Positions 8,911 to 18,818 of a stretch of 64,000 nt of DNA are shown here, piece after piece. The translations under genes and the position numbers were made by a program. Source of the DNA: Candidatus Bathyarchaeota archaeon (GTDB lineage: Archaea; Thermoproteota; Bathyarchaeia; TCS64); assembly GCA_963769425.1 (NCBI GenBank), contig CAVYLP010000006.1:320001-384000 (forward strand), in the 5' to 3' direction. The notes beneath the pieces are model-generated. The model was not told the DNA's origin and did no database searches. It saw only the letters and a list, made by a program, of their open reading frames with translations. Position 1 is the first letter of the stretch. Each line of letters starts with the position of its first letter.

Positions 8911-9756
8911 ATGGTGAGGGACGAGGCTGAGGGAATGGAATCCGTGACAGTAGACCTTCGCCACGGCCTCGCTATAAGGGCGTACCCGGATAGGAGACCG
9001 GGGAACCTTGAGATAGCCGGGATACAGAAGGGCCTCATCCTCCTTAACGGAGGCGTTGAGCTCGTCGAGGAGGGGGCGGGCTTCGGGTTGCCCATCGCCA
9101 TATTCAGGGACAAGACGCTCTTCCCCGGATCAGCGACCTTGAGAGTCATCCAATATGAGCCCTACCCCATTATCGAGAAGACTTACGAGATGGACACTGT
9201 GTCGGTGAAGGTTCTAGGGGGGTCGAGGATTAGCGATGCCATCTACCACCCCGCTCACAGGGTCTTCAGCGCCTTGTACCTGACTCTAGGGAGCCTGAGA
9301 CTCGTTCTAAACAAGGTTATAGAGCTCAGAGACACGGCGGGGGTCAAGACGAGCTTCCAGGCGACCGAACCGAGGGGAAGGGTAAAGGTACGCTACGCGA
9401 TCCACTGTGACCTTATCGAGGTCGAGGCGAAATCGGAGATGACTGCGGGATGCGATGAGCTGATCATGCTCAACGAGCAGGGCGCGTCAACCTTCAGGGT
9501 TTGTAGGGATGGGGACTCGACTCTAATCGACGACGACATCGGCGCCTGGCGGACTATGGATAGCCCGGAAGCGACGCTCTCATCACGAGATGAGTGGCTC
9601 TCGTTTACCGTTGAAAAGCCTAAGGGTATAATATTCAGGAGAGGGCGGGAGAGCGTGAGGGGAAAGCTCAGCTGGGCCGGTTTCAGCCTCTCCTTCGCGC
9701 CAATCACCCAATACGATACACCATCAGGGTCAAGAGCCGAGAGCCTCACTGCATAG
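8911..9756 (+). CDS. Hypothetical protein
   Basis: Long ORF with normal codon usage, divergent from the GT pair; start re-assigned to ATG 8911. Confidence 0.7.
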   Translation: MVRDEAEGMESVTVDLRHGLAIRAYPDRRPGNLEIAGIQKGLILLNGGVELVEEGAGFGLPIAIFRDKTLFPGSATLRVIQYEPYPIIEKTYEMDTVSVKVLGGSRISDAIYHPAHRVFSALYLTLGSLRLVLNKVIELRDTAGVKTSFQATEPRGRVKVRYAIHCDLIEVEAKSEMTAGCDELIMLNEQGASTFRVCRDGDSTLIDDDIGAWRTMDSPEATLSSRDEWLSFTVEKPKGIIFRRGRESVRGKLSWAGFSLSFAPITQYDTPSGSRAESLTA

Positions 9757-9760
9757 TTTT

Positions 9761-10552
9761 TTGAGGGGCGAAGCAGGTATCGGCTGTGATGAGCGCAATC
9801 GAGAACTTCCACCGCGTCAGAGGCTGATCCTCGCCGCCGAGGGGAAGCGGAGGGGGCTCAAGTGGGCGATGGGCGTCGCCCCCTTCGACGCCGTATACGG
9901 CACCCTGCTCCCCGTGCAGAAGACGAGGCTAAGCGAGATCGCAAGCGGCTTCTTCGAGCACATGATGAAGGAGGGTTCCGTCATCAGCATCGCCTACGCC
10001 TATCCACCCTACGCGATAGAGGCTATAGCTCAGGGGAGGGAGAAGGCATGGGACATGGACAGGTGGAACGTCTACGCACGCGCCTACATGAGGCTCAACA
10101 AGGCCCTCAACGAGACGTCGGCGCTCATCGCGAAGGAGTTCGGCGGCATAGCGATACCCGCCACCGTGGAGGGCCTCTCCTCTCAGGTGAGCCACGTCGA
10201 GCAGTATTACGCCCAGCGCGTCAGCCACCGCGTCGCGGCGGAGTTGAGCGGCGTCGGCTGGAGGGGGAAGAACGAGCTGATAGTTAACCCCCGATTCGGC
10301 TGTGCCATAAGGCTCGCCTCCGTCCTCACCACCGTCCCCATAACAAGGACGCCGCCCAGCAAGCAAGGTTGCGGGGAGTGTCGCGCCTGCTTCGACAAAT
10401 GCAGGTTCCTTGATAACAAGAGTAAACTAGACAATTACAGGGAGCAATGCCGCAGGTATCTAGTCTACCTCAACCTCGAGGACGAGGTCTGCGGGAAGTG
10501 CATAAAGGCGTGCTTAAAAGAGAGCCTATACGCGGGTCAGTTCAACCTCTGA
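9761..10552 (+). CDS. Epoxyqueuosine reductase / reductive dehalogenase-like Fe-S protein
   Basis: SHRVAAELSGVGWRGKNELIVNPRFGCAIRLASVLT, CGECRACFDKC and CGKCIKAC; true start possibly ATG 9789 with an indel. Confidence 0.8.
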   Translation: MRGEAGIGCDERNRELPPRQRLILAAEGKRRGLKWAMGVAPFDAVYGTLLPVQKTRLSEIASGFFEHMMKEGSVISIAYAYPPYAIEAIAQGREKAWDMDRWNVYARAYMRLNKALNETSALIAKEFGGIAIPATVEGLSSQVSHVEQYYAQRVSHRVAAELSGVGWRGKNELIVNPRFGCAIRLASVLTTVPITRTPPSKQGCGECRACFDKCRFLDNKSKLDNYREQCRRYLVYLNLEDEVCGKCIKACLKESLYAGQFNL

Positions 10553-10624
10553 GCCCCACTTTTCCCGCCTCTAAAACGTCGGGTTCATAAACGATTTTTC
10601 CCGAAAAGTACACGGCGCATAAAA

Positions 10625-11041
10625 TTGGAGAACGTTCCCGGTCTGCAGGAGAGCTTCAAGAGGGCACGAGTTGTATTCCTCACGACCTTCTCGGAGGATG
10701 GCGAGCCACACGTCAGGCAGATGACAAACCTCAACGAGGACCCGTACAAGATGATGTGGTTCACGAGCTACACGAAGTCGAGGAAGATGGAGGACGTCAA
10801 GAAGAACACGCGGGTAGTCATCGCCTTCCCCGCCGCCGAGAGGGGGAGCTTCTACGAGATCGAGGGAAAGGCAGAGTTGGAGAGGCCCGAGGTGGTGGAG
10901 GAGAAGTGGGACTGGTGGTACCTGTACTGGCGCCCAGAGCAGGAGGACAGGTTTTGGTTCCCCCGCAGCGTTGGCCACCCTAACTGGTCCATAATAAATG
11001 TCTACCCGGACTCCGCGAGGGTCGTCAAGCAAAGGCCATGA
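10625..11041 (+). CDS. Pyridoxamine 5'-phosphate oxidase-like (general stress protein 26 type) flavin-binding protein
   Basis: FLTTFSEDGEPHVRQM...TKSRKMEDVKKN split-barrel signature. Confidence 0.8.
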   Translation: MENVPGLQESFKRARVVFLTTFSEDGEPHVRQMTNLNEDPYKMMWFTSYTKSRKMEDVKKNTRVVIAFPAAERGSFYEIEGKAELERPEVVEEKWDWWYLYWRPEQEDRFWFPRSVGHPNWSIINVYPDSARVVKQRP

Positions 11042-11103
11042 AACCCTAAGCCCCCACGAGAATATTCGGAAAAAACTATAGATACAGAGACGGATCGTAC
11101 TGC

Positions 11104-11652
11104 ATGCCGCCCACAGCCATCAGGACGATCCGCCAGCAGATCTACTGGCAGTACGCCAAGATCATAGCCGAGTCATCGGGCATCGGCAAGGGGAGCTACG
11201 GATTCGTCATGGACCGCTTCAAGAAGCTCGACTCGGGAGAGATCGAATGGTCCACCTCGATACGGGAGTGGGTGCACGAGAGGGAGACGCCACGCCAGTG
11301 CATCTACTGCGGCGCCACGGAGAACATCACGACCGACCACCTCATACCCCGCTCTAGGGGAGGCCCGGACCACCCCGACAACGCCATCTGGAGCTGCATG
11401 AGCTGCAACGCGAAGAAAGGCTCGAAGAGGCTCTACGAGTTCTACGGCCTTGAGAACCGGAACAAGATCCCGCGCCTCGCCGAGGGGAAGTATCTGAAGC
11501 TTCTCTACACCGAGCTCGAGAAGAGGGGAGTCCTCGACACAGACGTGAGCCACATCGCGGAGATCTGCGCCAAGTGCGATCTAGGTAAGATCTGCCCCGA
11601 GAAGGAGAAGCTCACCGTATACTGCCTCGAGGGCATATTCACGAAGCCCTAG
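11104..11652 (+). CDS. HNH endonuclease with extra C-terminal Cys cluster
   Basis: CIYCG...TDHLIPRSRGGPDHPDNAIWSCMSCNAKKG. Confidence 0.9.
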   Translation: MPPTAIRTIRQQIYWQYAKIIAESSGIGKGSYGFVMDRFKKLDSGEIEWSTSIREWVHERETPRQCIYCGATENITTDHLIPRSRGGPDHPDNAIWSCMSCNAKKGSKRLYEFYGLENRNKIPRLAEGKYLKLLYTELEKRGVLDTDVSHIAEICAKCDLGKICPEKEKLTVYCLEGIFTKP

Positions 11653-12006
11653 AACGTTACTATCCTGTCTGCTTCCTTCACCCAGTTGGCTAGGATCATC
11701 ATGGTGCCCCTCTGGGTGCCTTCGACCATTTCCTCGTCCTTTGATGCCCCTCGACTTGAGGCAGGTCCCGCAGAGCTTCACCTCGACCCCCTTCGTGGCG
11801 AGGTCACCGAGCATCTTCTCGAGGTTGTAGTAGCCTTCTGGGGTGATCTGCCCCCTCTTGGCAGCCCCCACGGCGTCGCCCATGAGGAAGACCCTGACCT
11901 GCATCCCGATCTCGGCTGTGACCGACGCGCCAGCGAGTCGGAGGGCGTTCCACGTCTTCTCGCCCCCGTAGGGGGCGTCGTTCGCGATTATCAGTAGCTT
12001 GACCAT
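11649..12006 (-). CDS. DsrE/YchN family sulfur-relay protein; 1-bp insertion near 11740
   Basis: NDAPYGGEKTWNALRLA, FLMGDAV and CGTCLKSRG; corrected tail GIKDEEMVEGTQRGTMMILANWVKEADRIVTF*. Confidence 0.88.
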
Positions 12007-12046
12007 GCCTGAATGGGCGCGTCATGCCCCTAAAACTGTGACGGGT

Positions 12047-12799
12047 CTACTTCCGGCCCACGAAGAGGGTTATCATCTCGTCGTTCCGGATCGGGGCGTC
12101 GCCGCTCTCCTTCTTCCATTTCTTCAGGTCCGCGACCCCCTTTTCCAGCCCTTGCTTGCTGATGGGGCGGAACATGCTCCACAGCTTCTTCTCAGCGATC
12201 TCGATGAACTCGTCCGCGGACTGGTATCGCTCCATGTTGTAGGGGTAGACCTCGGTGAGGCGGAAGCCCGCGTTCGCGAAGTAGGTCTTGAAGGCCTCGT
12301 CGCTCGGGTAGGCGTCTAGCTGGCTCTGCCTTATCTCGGGGAAGAACTTGAAGACGACCTTGGAGTTGATCTGGGCGTGGCCGATTGTATGGGCGATCTT
12401 CGCTCCTCCCCGCCTGAGTATGCGGCAGCACTCCGTCGCAGCCGCCTGCTTGTCGACAACGTGGTGCCAGACCTGGGCGGCGTAGACGAGGTCGAAGACG
12501 TCGCCTCGGAAGGGCATGTGCTCCGCTACGGACTGGAGGACGGGTAGGTCGGGGGTCTTCTCCCGTGCCTGCTTGAGCATCCCGATGGCGGGGTCGAAGC
12601 CGACGACTGTCGCGTGGGTCCGCTCCCTGATCCCTAGGCCGTAGTTGCCCGTCCCGCACCCCATGTCGATGACGAGTGAGCCCGAGTCGAGGCGCGCGAG
12701 CCTCTCCGCCTCCCCAGCCCAGAACCAGATGTCCTCGCTGACGCGGCCCCTGTCGTAGTCGCTGCTCACCTTGTTGAAGTGTGGGTTGCTTACGGCCAT
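12047..12799 (-). CDS. Class I SAM-dependent methyltransferase
   Basis: VIDMGCGTGNYG; AEHMPFRGDVFDLV. Confidence 0.9.
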   Translation of the reverse strand: MAVSNPHFNKVSSDYDRGRVSEDIWFWAGEAERLARLDSGSLVIDMGCGTGNYGLGIRERTHATVVGFDPAIGMLKQAREKTPDLPVLQSVAEHMPFRGDVFDLVYAAQVWHHVVDKQAAATECCRILRRGGAKIAHTIGHAQINSKVVFKFFPEIRQSQLDAYPSDEAFKTYFANAGFRLTEVYPYNMERYQSADEFIEIAEKKLWSMFRPISKQGLEKGVADLKKWKKESGDAPIRNDEMITLFVGRK

Positions 12800-12891
12800 G
12801 CCAGTAGATGCGCGGCTCGATGGGATAAAATGTTAGGGTATGCCTCTCATCCAAACATTAATATTTTAATCTGGTAGCTTCCTGTTGTCGG

Positions 12892-12968
12892 GCCGCCGTA
12901 GCTTAGTCAGGTGGAGCGTCTGGCTGTTAACCAGTTGGTCAACGGTTCAAGTCCGTTCGGCGGCGCCA
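12892..12968 (+). tRNA. tRNA-Asn(GUU), CCA encoded
   Basis: GCCGCCG/CGGCGGC acceptor, CTGG-CT-GTT-AA-CCAG anticodon arm, GGTTCAAGTCC T-arm. Confidence 0.95.
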
Positions 12969-13058
12969 CATTTTAAAAAGGAATGGTTTATAGCCACAGA
13001 TATCCGTTTCAAGTAACTAAGTTTCAGAAAATCTGACACAGGAGTATGTGAGCGGTGG

Positions 13059-15042
13059 ATGGACCTTATTCTTCTTTCACTCTTCGTGGGCGCCGTCGCA
13101 TTGGCGTTCGTCGCTTACTTAGCTTGGTCTATTATCCGTGAGCCCGCTGGCACGCCTGAGATGATGCGGATCGCCGCGGCGATCGAGGACGGGGCACGCG
13201 TCTACCTCCGCAGACAGAACATGACAATCGCGGCGGTGACGGCCCTCGTCGCCATTCCCATAGCCTTCTACTACCATGACCTGAGGGTCATCGGCGCCTT
13301 CGTCGCAGGGGCCGCTCTCAGCCTCCTCAGCGCATACATTGGTATGATGGTGGCGGTCAAGGCAAACGTTCGGACGACGAACGCAGCTAAAACCTCGACT
13401 GCTAAGAGCTTCCTCATCGCCTTCAGGGGCGGAGGCGTCATGGGTCTGCTCGTTACGGGCCTCAGCCTCATCGGGGTCAGCGTACTCCTCATGATATTCA
13501 AGGACCCCAACCTCATTATCACCTACGGTTTCGGCTCTAGCTTAACGGCGCTTTTTGCACAGCTCGGCGGAGGCATATTCACGAAGGCGGCGGACATCGG
13601 CGCCGACCTAGTCGGTAAGGTGGAGCACAGGATACCCGAGGACGACCCTCGGAACCCCGCCGTGATCGCCGATCAGGTCGGCGACAACGTCGGCGACTGC
13701 GCGGGCAGGGGTAGTGACCTCTTCCAGACGCTCAGCGACGACTACATCACGGCGATGCTCCTCGCCTCGATCGTCCTCAGCGTCACGGGCATAAACGGCC
13801 TCGTCTACCCCCTCATGCTCGGTGCGACTGGGATAATCGCGACGATAGTCGGCATCTTCCTCACCCGCCAGTGGAGGGGGATAAAGCCAATCAGCGCCTT
13901 CAACGTCGGGCTCATCTCCTCCGCGGGGATCTGCATAGTCGGCGCATACATCGCCACGATGAACCTCCTCGGCGACATCAACATCTTCTACTGCGTCGTC
14001 GGCGGCCTCCTCGCGAGCCTCGCCACGGGGCTCGTCGTCCAGTTCTACATCGGGATAAACAGCGACCCCATCAAGAAGGTGGCGGCCAGCTGCGAGTACG
14101 GCTCTGCCATAAACATAATCACGGGCCTCGGCTACGCGCTGCAGGCCCCCTTCATACCCTTCCTATGCGTCGCAGCCGTCATCTACTTCGCCTTCGGCAT
14201 CACGGGCTCAATCTTCGGCGTCGTCGGCGTCAACCTCGGCACCGACCTCGCCATAGGCATCATCATGTCGAGCGACACCTTCGGCCCCATCAGCGACAAC
14301 GCTCAGGGCATAGCGGAGATGTCGGGGATGGCCGAGAACGCCGACTCCCTCGTGGAGCTCGACTCGATGGGCAACACGACGAAGGCGTTCACGAAGGCCT
14401 TCGCCACCCTCAGCGGCACAGTCTCCACGGTCGTCATCTTCGCCACCTACAGCCATCTCGGCGGGCTCACGAACGCAACCATCGGACTCCTCAGCCCCGT
14501 CTTCATAGTAGGACTCCTCCTCGGTGGCGTTGTACCCTTCCTCTTCTCAGCACTCATCATCGGCGCCACGGCCGAGTCCGCCTACAAGATGGTCGAGGAG
14601 GTCCGCAAGCAGTTCAACGAGAGGCCCGGGATACTGGAAGGGAAAGGAGCTGCCCGATTACCGGCGATGCGTCGACATAGCGACTAAGGACGCGCTCAAG
14701 AAGATGATCGCGCCCGGGCTTCTGGCCATGATCGCCCCCATAGCGGTGGGGCTCATCCTAGGGAAGTACGCCCTCGCAGCGATGCTGCTCGGCAGCCTAG
14801 TCACCTCCGCGCTCCTCAGCCCCTTCTTCACCTTCGGCGGAGGCATCTGGGACAACGCGAAGAAGCACATCGAGAGGGAGTTCTGGATGAAGGGAACCCC
14901 GGCACACGCGGCCGCCGTAACGGGGGACACCGTCGGCGACCCACTCAAGGACGTCGCTGGGCCGAGCCTCAACATCTTCATGAAGCTGACGAACATGACG
15001 GCGCTGCTTCTGGTGCCGCTGCTGCTCCTGCTCTCAGCGTAG
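13059..15042 (+). CDS. hppA: Membrane H+-translocating pyrophosphatase, K+-independent type; 1-bp insertion near 14644
   Basis: GGGIFTKAADIGADLVGKVE, PEDDPRNPAVIAD, GNTTKA (Lys marks K+ independence) and GDTVGDPLKD in the second frame. Confidence 0.95.
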
Positions 15043-15052
15043 GTATTTGGGG

Positions 15053-15550
15053 TCAGTGGAGCCCGATCATCGCCCCGTAACCGGAGTAGACCCTCTGAAC
15101 CAGCTCACCGGCCTTGGGGTTGTTCCAGTCATGCATCCACTCCGACACCACAGTCTCCAAGGTGATGGGGACGACGCCCACCTGAAGCATCCTCTCGACC
15201 CCATACCTGTGGGCATCGGGGGTCGAGTCTCCGGCGGCGTCGATTAGCCCGTAGACGTCGTAGCCCAATTTGAGGGCGTGGATTGCAGTGTATGCGAAGC
15301 ACATGCTCGTCCAGAGCCCCGAGACGACGACCTTCTGCCTGTTGGTCGCCCTCACAGCGCCCAGAGTGCCTTCATCCTCGAAGGCGTCAAAGCTGGGAAC
15401 CTTGCGCGCGAAGACCTGCTGGCCCGGGAAGAGCTCGGTTATCTCAGGGACGACGTCACCATTCATCTTCGGGTTTATTGATGAGAGGACGACGGGTATC
15501 CCGAGTATCTTCGCTGCCCTCGCTCCAAATAATCGGGGCTGCACCCCCAT
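15053..15550 (-). pseudogene. Isochorismatase/YcaC-like cysteine hydrolase, N-terminally truncated
   Basis: AAKILGIPVVLS, SGLWTSMC and DAAGD are present; the N-terminal IDxQ strand with the catalytic Asp is missing. Confidence 0.7.
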
Positions 15551-15603
15551 ACCCTATACGAACTCTTTTAACGCCCTGCCAGTCAACGAGATTGAATCGA
15601 GTC

Positions 15604-16395
15604 TTGCTGGATGCCATCCTCATCCTGAAGATCGCCATCGCCCCGTTGCTGATCCTCGCGGCGAGCTTCGCGGAGTACCGCTGGGGACACACGGTGAGCG
15701 GCTGGATCGTGGGGCTCCCCCTGACCTCGGCGCCCGTCATCCTCCTCCTCGCCCTCGAGCAGGGGAGCGGCTTCGCCGCGGCGTCGGCCCAGGGCGCACT
15801 GCTCGGCCTCGTCTCACTCTCCGCCTTCTCCCTCGCCTACAGCCTCCTCTCGCTCCGCCGACGACTCGGCTGGCTCCCGTCGATGCTGCTGGGCTGGGGA
15901 ATATACTTCGTCTCGTCGTTCGTCCTCGAGTATCGCCTCCGTGCCCATTGTGGTTGCCTTCGTCGGCGTCGTAGCTGTGGCTGCTCATCGTGGCGAGGGC
16001 CTTCCCGGTGGTGGACACCCCCGAGAAAACGACTTCGAGTGGCTCAACCTGGAGCGACGTCATCATCAGGATCGTGGGGGCAGTGGCCCTGATCTTCGCC
16101 ATCACCGAGTACGCCCCGTCGCTGGGGGCGACGCTGAGCGGTCTGCTCACCCCTTTCCCCATCTACACGAGCGTAATGGTTTCCACAATACACCGCAGGC
16201 AGGGCGTCGCCTCCGCCTCGCAGTTCGTACGCGGGGCCGACTCTCAGCCTCTTCACCCCAGCGGTCTTCTGGCTCATGGTCGGCTCGACGATAGTCGCCT
16301 GGGGCATCGGCGCGTCGTACGCCCTAGCCATCGTGGCCGCCCTCGTTCTCCACTGGGCGCTGTTCAAGGCGCTGAGAAGACGAGGACCTACTTGA
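15604..16395 (+). CDS. Multi-TM membrane protein broken by about 3 frameshifts
   Basis: Two related halves: RWGHTVSGWIVGLPLTSAP and LGATLSGLLTPFPIYT; ends ...HWALFKALRRRGPT*. Confidence 0.65.
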
Positions 16396-17390
16396 GGCCG
16401 GTGAAGTGCTCCCACCCGCCCTTGCCGACGGGCTTCTCGACGCCATCCTCCACGTAGACGATCTTACGATCCTTCGTGACGACGCCTAGCTCGATGAGGT
16501 CCGCCCCGGCACCTCGCAGCGCCTTCCTCGCCTCATCGACCATGTCGGGCTTGACGGTGAAGACCAGCTCGTACTCCTCCCCGCCGTAGAGGGCGAGGGC
16601 CGCCCTGTCGAGGTTGTGTAAGCTCGGCGAACTTCTCCGCGTCCCTCGTGAGGGGAACGTTTGTGAGCCTGAAGCCGTTGCCGCTGCTCTTCTGGAGGTC
16701 GTGCAGGCTGACGGCGAGGCCGTCGCTTGAGTCCATGCTGCTTGTGGCAGCGCCCGAGGCGGCGAGGGCGATACCGGCGTTGACCCTCGCCCGAGGCATG
16801 TAGACGGATTCGACAAGTCGATCCCTGAGTGCCTTCGGAGCCTCCGCGCCCTCTAGGAGTATCTTGAACCCGGCGGTGGTGTTGCCGAAGCCCCCCGTCG
16901 TCGCGAGCACGTCCCCCGGCTTCGATGTGCTACGTAGGACGAGCCGCCGCTCCTCGGCGAGGCCGTAGGCCATCCCCGAGATTATGATGTCGCAGGCCTC
17001 GTTCGTGTCCCCGCCCACCATGTAGCCACCGTACTCTCGGGCGCCGGACTCGAAGCCCTTCGCGATGTCTTCCACCCAGTCAACCGGTGTGGTGCTTGGG
17101 GCACCAAGTGCGGCGAGGAAGGCGAGGGGTTTGACGCCCTTTGAGCCGAGGTCGCTGAAGTTCATGACAACGGCCTTGCGCCCCGCCTGGAAAGGGGTCA
17201 TCCCGGCGGGTATGTCGGTCTTCCAGACTAACATGTCCGTCTTGAGGATGACGGCGCGTCCGTCGCCGAGGCTGACGGCGTTCACATCGTCCCAGTTTGG
17301 CACGGGCATCCCCGGCATGAGAGTCAGGTGCCTCATTATTCGGCTGATGAGCTCCCGCTCCCCGATCTCGGCGATGGTGGACAAGGGCAT
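16388..17390 (-). CDS. thiL: Thiamine-monophosphate kinase; frameshift near 16620
   Basis: GERELI, NFSDLGSKG, VGGDTNE and MDSSDGL, then ALYGGEEYELVFT and GGWEHF in the adjacent frame. Confidence 0.93.
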
Positions 17391-17489
17391 CGTTCTCGTC
17401 TAGGGTTGTCCCCGTTATAACGATTGGGGGCTGATAAACGTCTTATACACCCATCCCTGAACGTTATAGAACGCTTGGTGAATGACTTG

Positions 17490-18642
17490 ATGCGCAAACC
17501 CCTCGAGGATATAAGGGTCGTCGACATGACCCACGTCTGGTTCGGGCCATGGTGCACCATGATGCTAGCGGACATGGGCGCTGAGGTCATCAGGGTTGAG
17601 CCCCCATGGGGCGCGATAGACAGGATAAGCGAGGGTATGCTCTACGGCGGGGCACCCTATACGTTCCACCACCTCAACCACAACAAGAAAGACCTCACAC
17701 TCAACCTCAAGAGCCCAGACGGGATGCGCCTCCTAAAGGAACTCATCAAGAAGAGTGATATCATCGTCCAGAACATGAGCGTCGGGCACTATGGAGAAGC
17801 TGGGCCTCGGATACGAGGAGCTGAAGAAGCTCAACCCAGGCATCGTCTACGCGGCGCTCAGCGGCTTCGGCCAGACGGGCCCCTACAAGAACAGAAACTG
17901 CTACGCCGTCTTCGCGGAGGCGATGAGCGGCCACACCAGGATGACGGGGGACGGCGTCGACCCGCAGGGTCCGCCGATCGAGATGGCGATGGCCCTCGGT
18001 GACACTCTTCCGGGCAGCCTCGCCGCCATGGCCATCCTTGGAGCCCTCCGCTACCGCGACAAGACCGGCTTAGGCCAGATGATAGACGTCGCCCAGCTCG
18101 ACTGCATGGTCGCCGTCAACCCGGGAATCACCGGCTACTTCCTAAGCGGGTTAACCAACTGGGAGATGAGGAAGAAGTACCCTACCGGCGGCATCGGAGG
18201 CATATTCAAGGCGAAGGACGGCGGCTACGTCCGCGTGGGCGCCTTCAGTCCCAGCGCACTCGAGAACATGAAGAACTTCCTGAAAGTCGAGGAGCCAACG
18301 AAGGAGGACTGCGAGAAGTACATCGCCACGAAGAACAGGGACGAAGCGGTCGAGGAGTTGGTCGCGGCGGACCTTCCCGCGTCCCCTATCTACCAGATCG
18401 ACGAAACGGTCAAGGACCCCCACCTCGCGGCGCGCGGCATGTTCATAGACCTCGACCACCCTCTCGCGGGCAAAGTCCGGACGGTGAATAACCCGATAAA
18501 GTTCAGCCTCACCCCCGTAGAGAGGAAGACTGCGGCCCCGACCTTAGGCCAGCACAGCAAGGAGATACTGAGCAGGATACTCGGTCTAAGCGAGGCCCAG
18601 ATCCAGGAACTCATAAACAACGGCGTCGTCGCATCCGTCTAG
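17490..18642 (+). CDS. Class III CoA-transferase (CaiB/BaiF); extra G near 17786
   Basis: PLEDIRVVDMT, LNHNKKDLTLNLK, SGFGQTGPY, catalytic ALGD, APTLGQH. Confidence 0.92.
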
Positions 18643-18689
18643 TCTCACCGATTTTCTTAAAAACAGGGGCTTCACCCGTATGGTGGAGT

Positions 18690-18765
18690 GGCCCGGTAGC
18701 TCAGCGGTCAGAGCGGCAGCCTCGTAAGTTGTAGGTCGCGGGTCCGAATCCCGCTCGGGCCTCCA
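18690..18765 (+). tRNA. tRNA-Thr(CGU), CCA encoded
   Basis: GGCCCGG/TCGGGCC-T-CCA acceptor; GCAGC-CT-CGT-AA-GTTGT anticodon arm; T-loop TCCGAAT. Confidence 0.92.
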
Positions 18766-18818
18766 CTCTCTTCTCGAAACCCATTAAACGGAGCCAATGA
18801 AACATATCAGGGAAGCTC

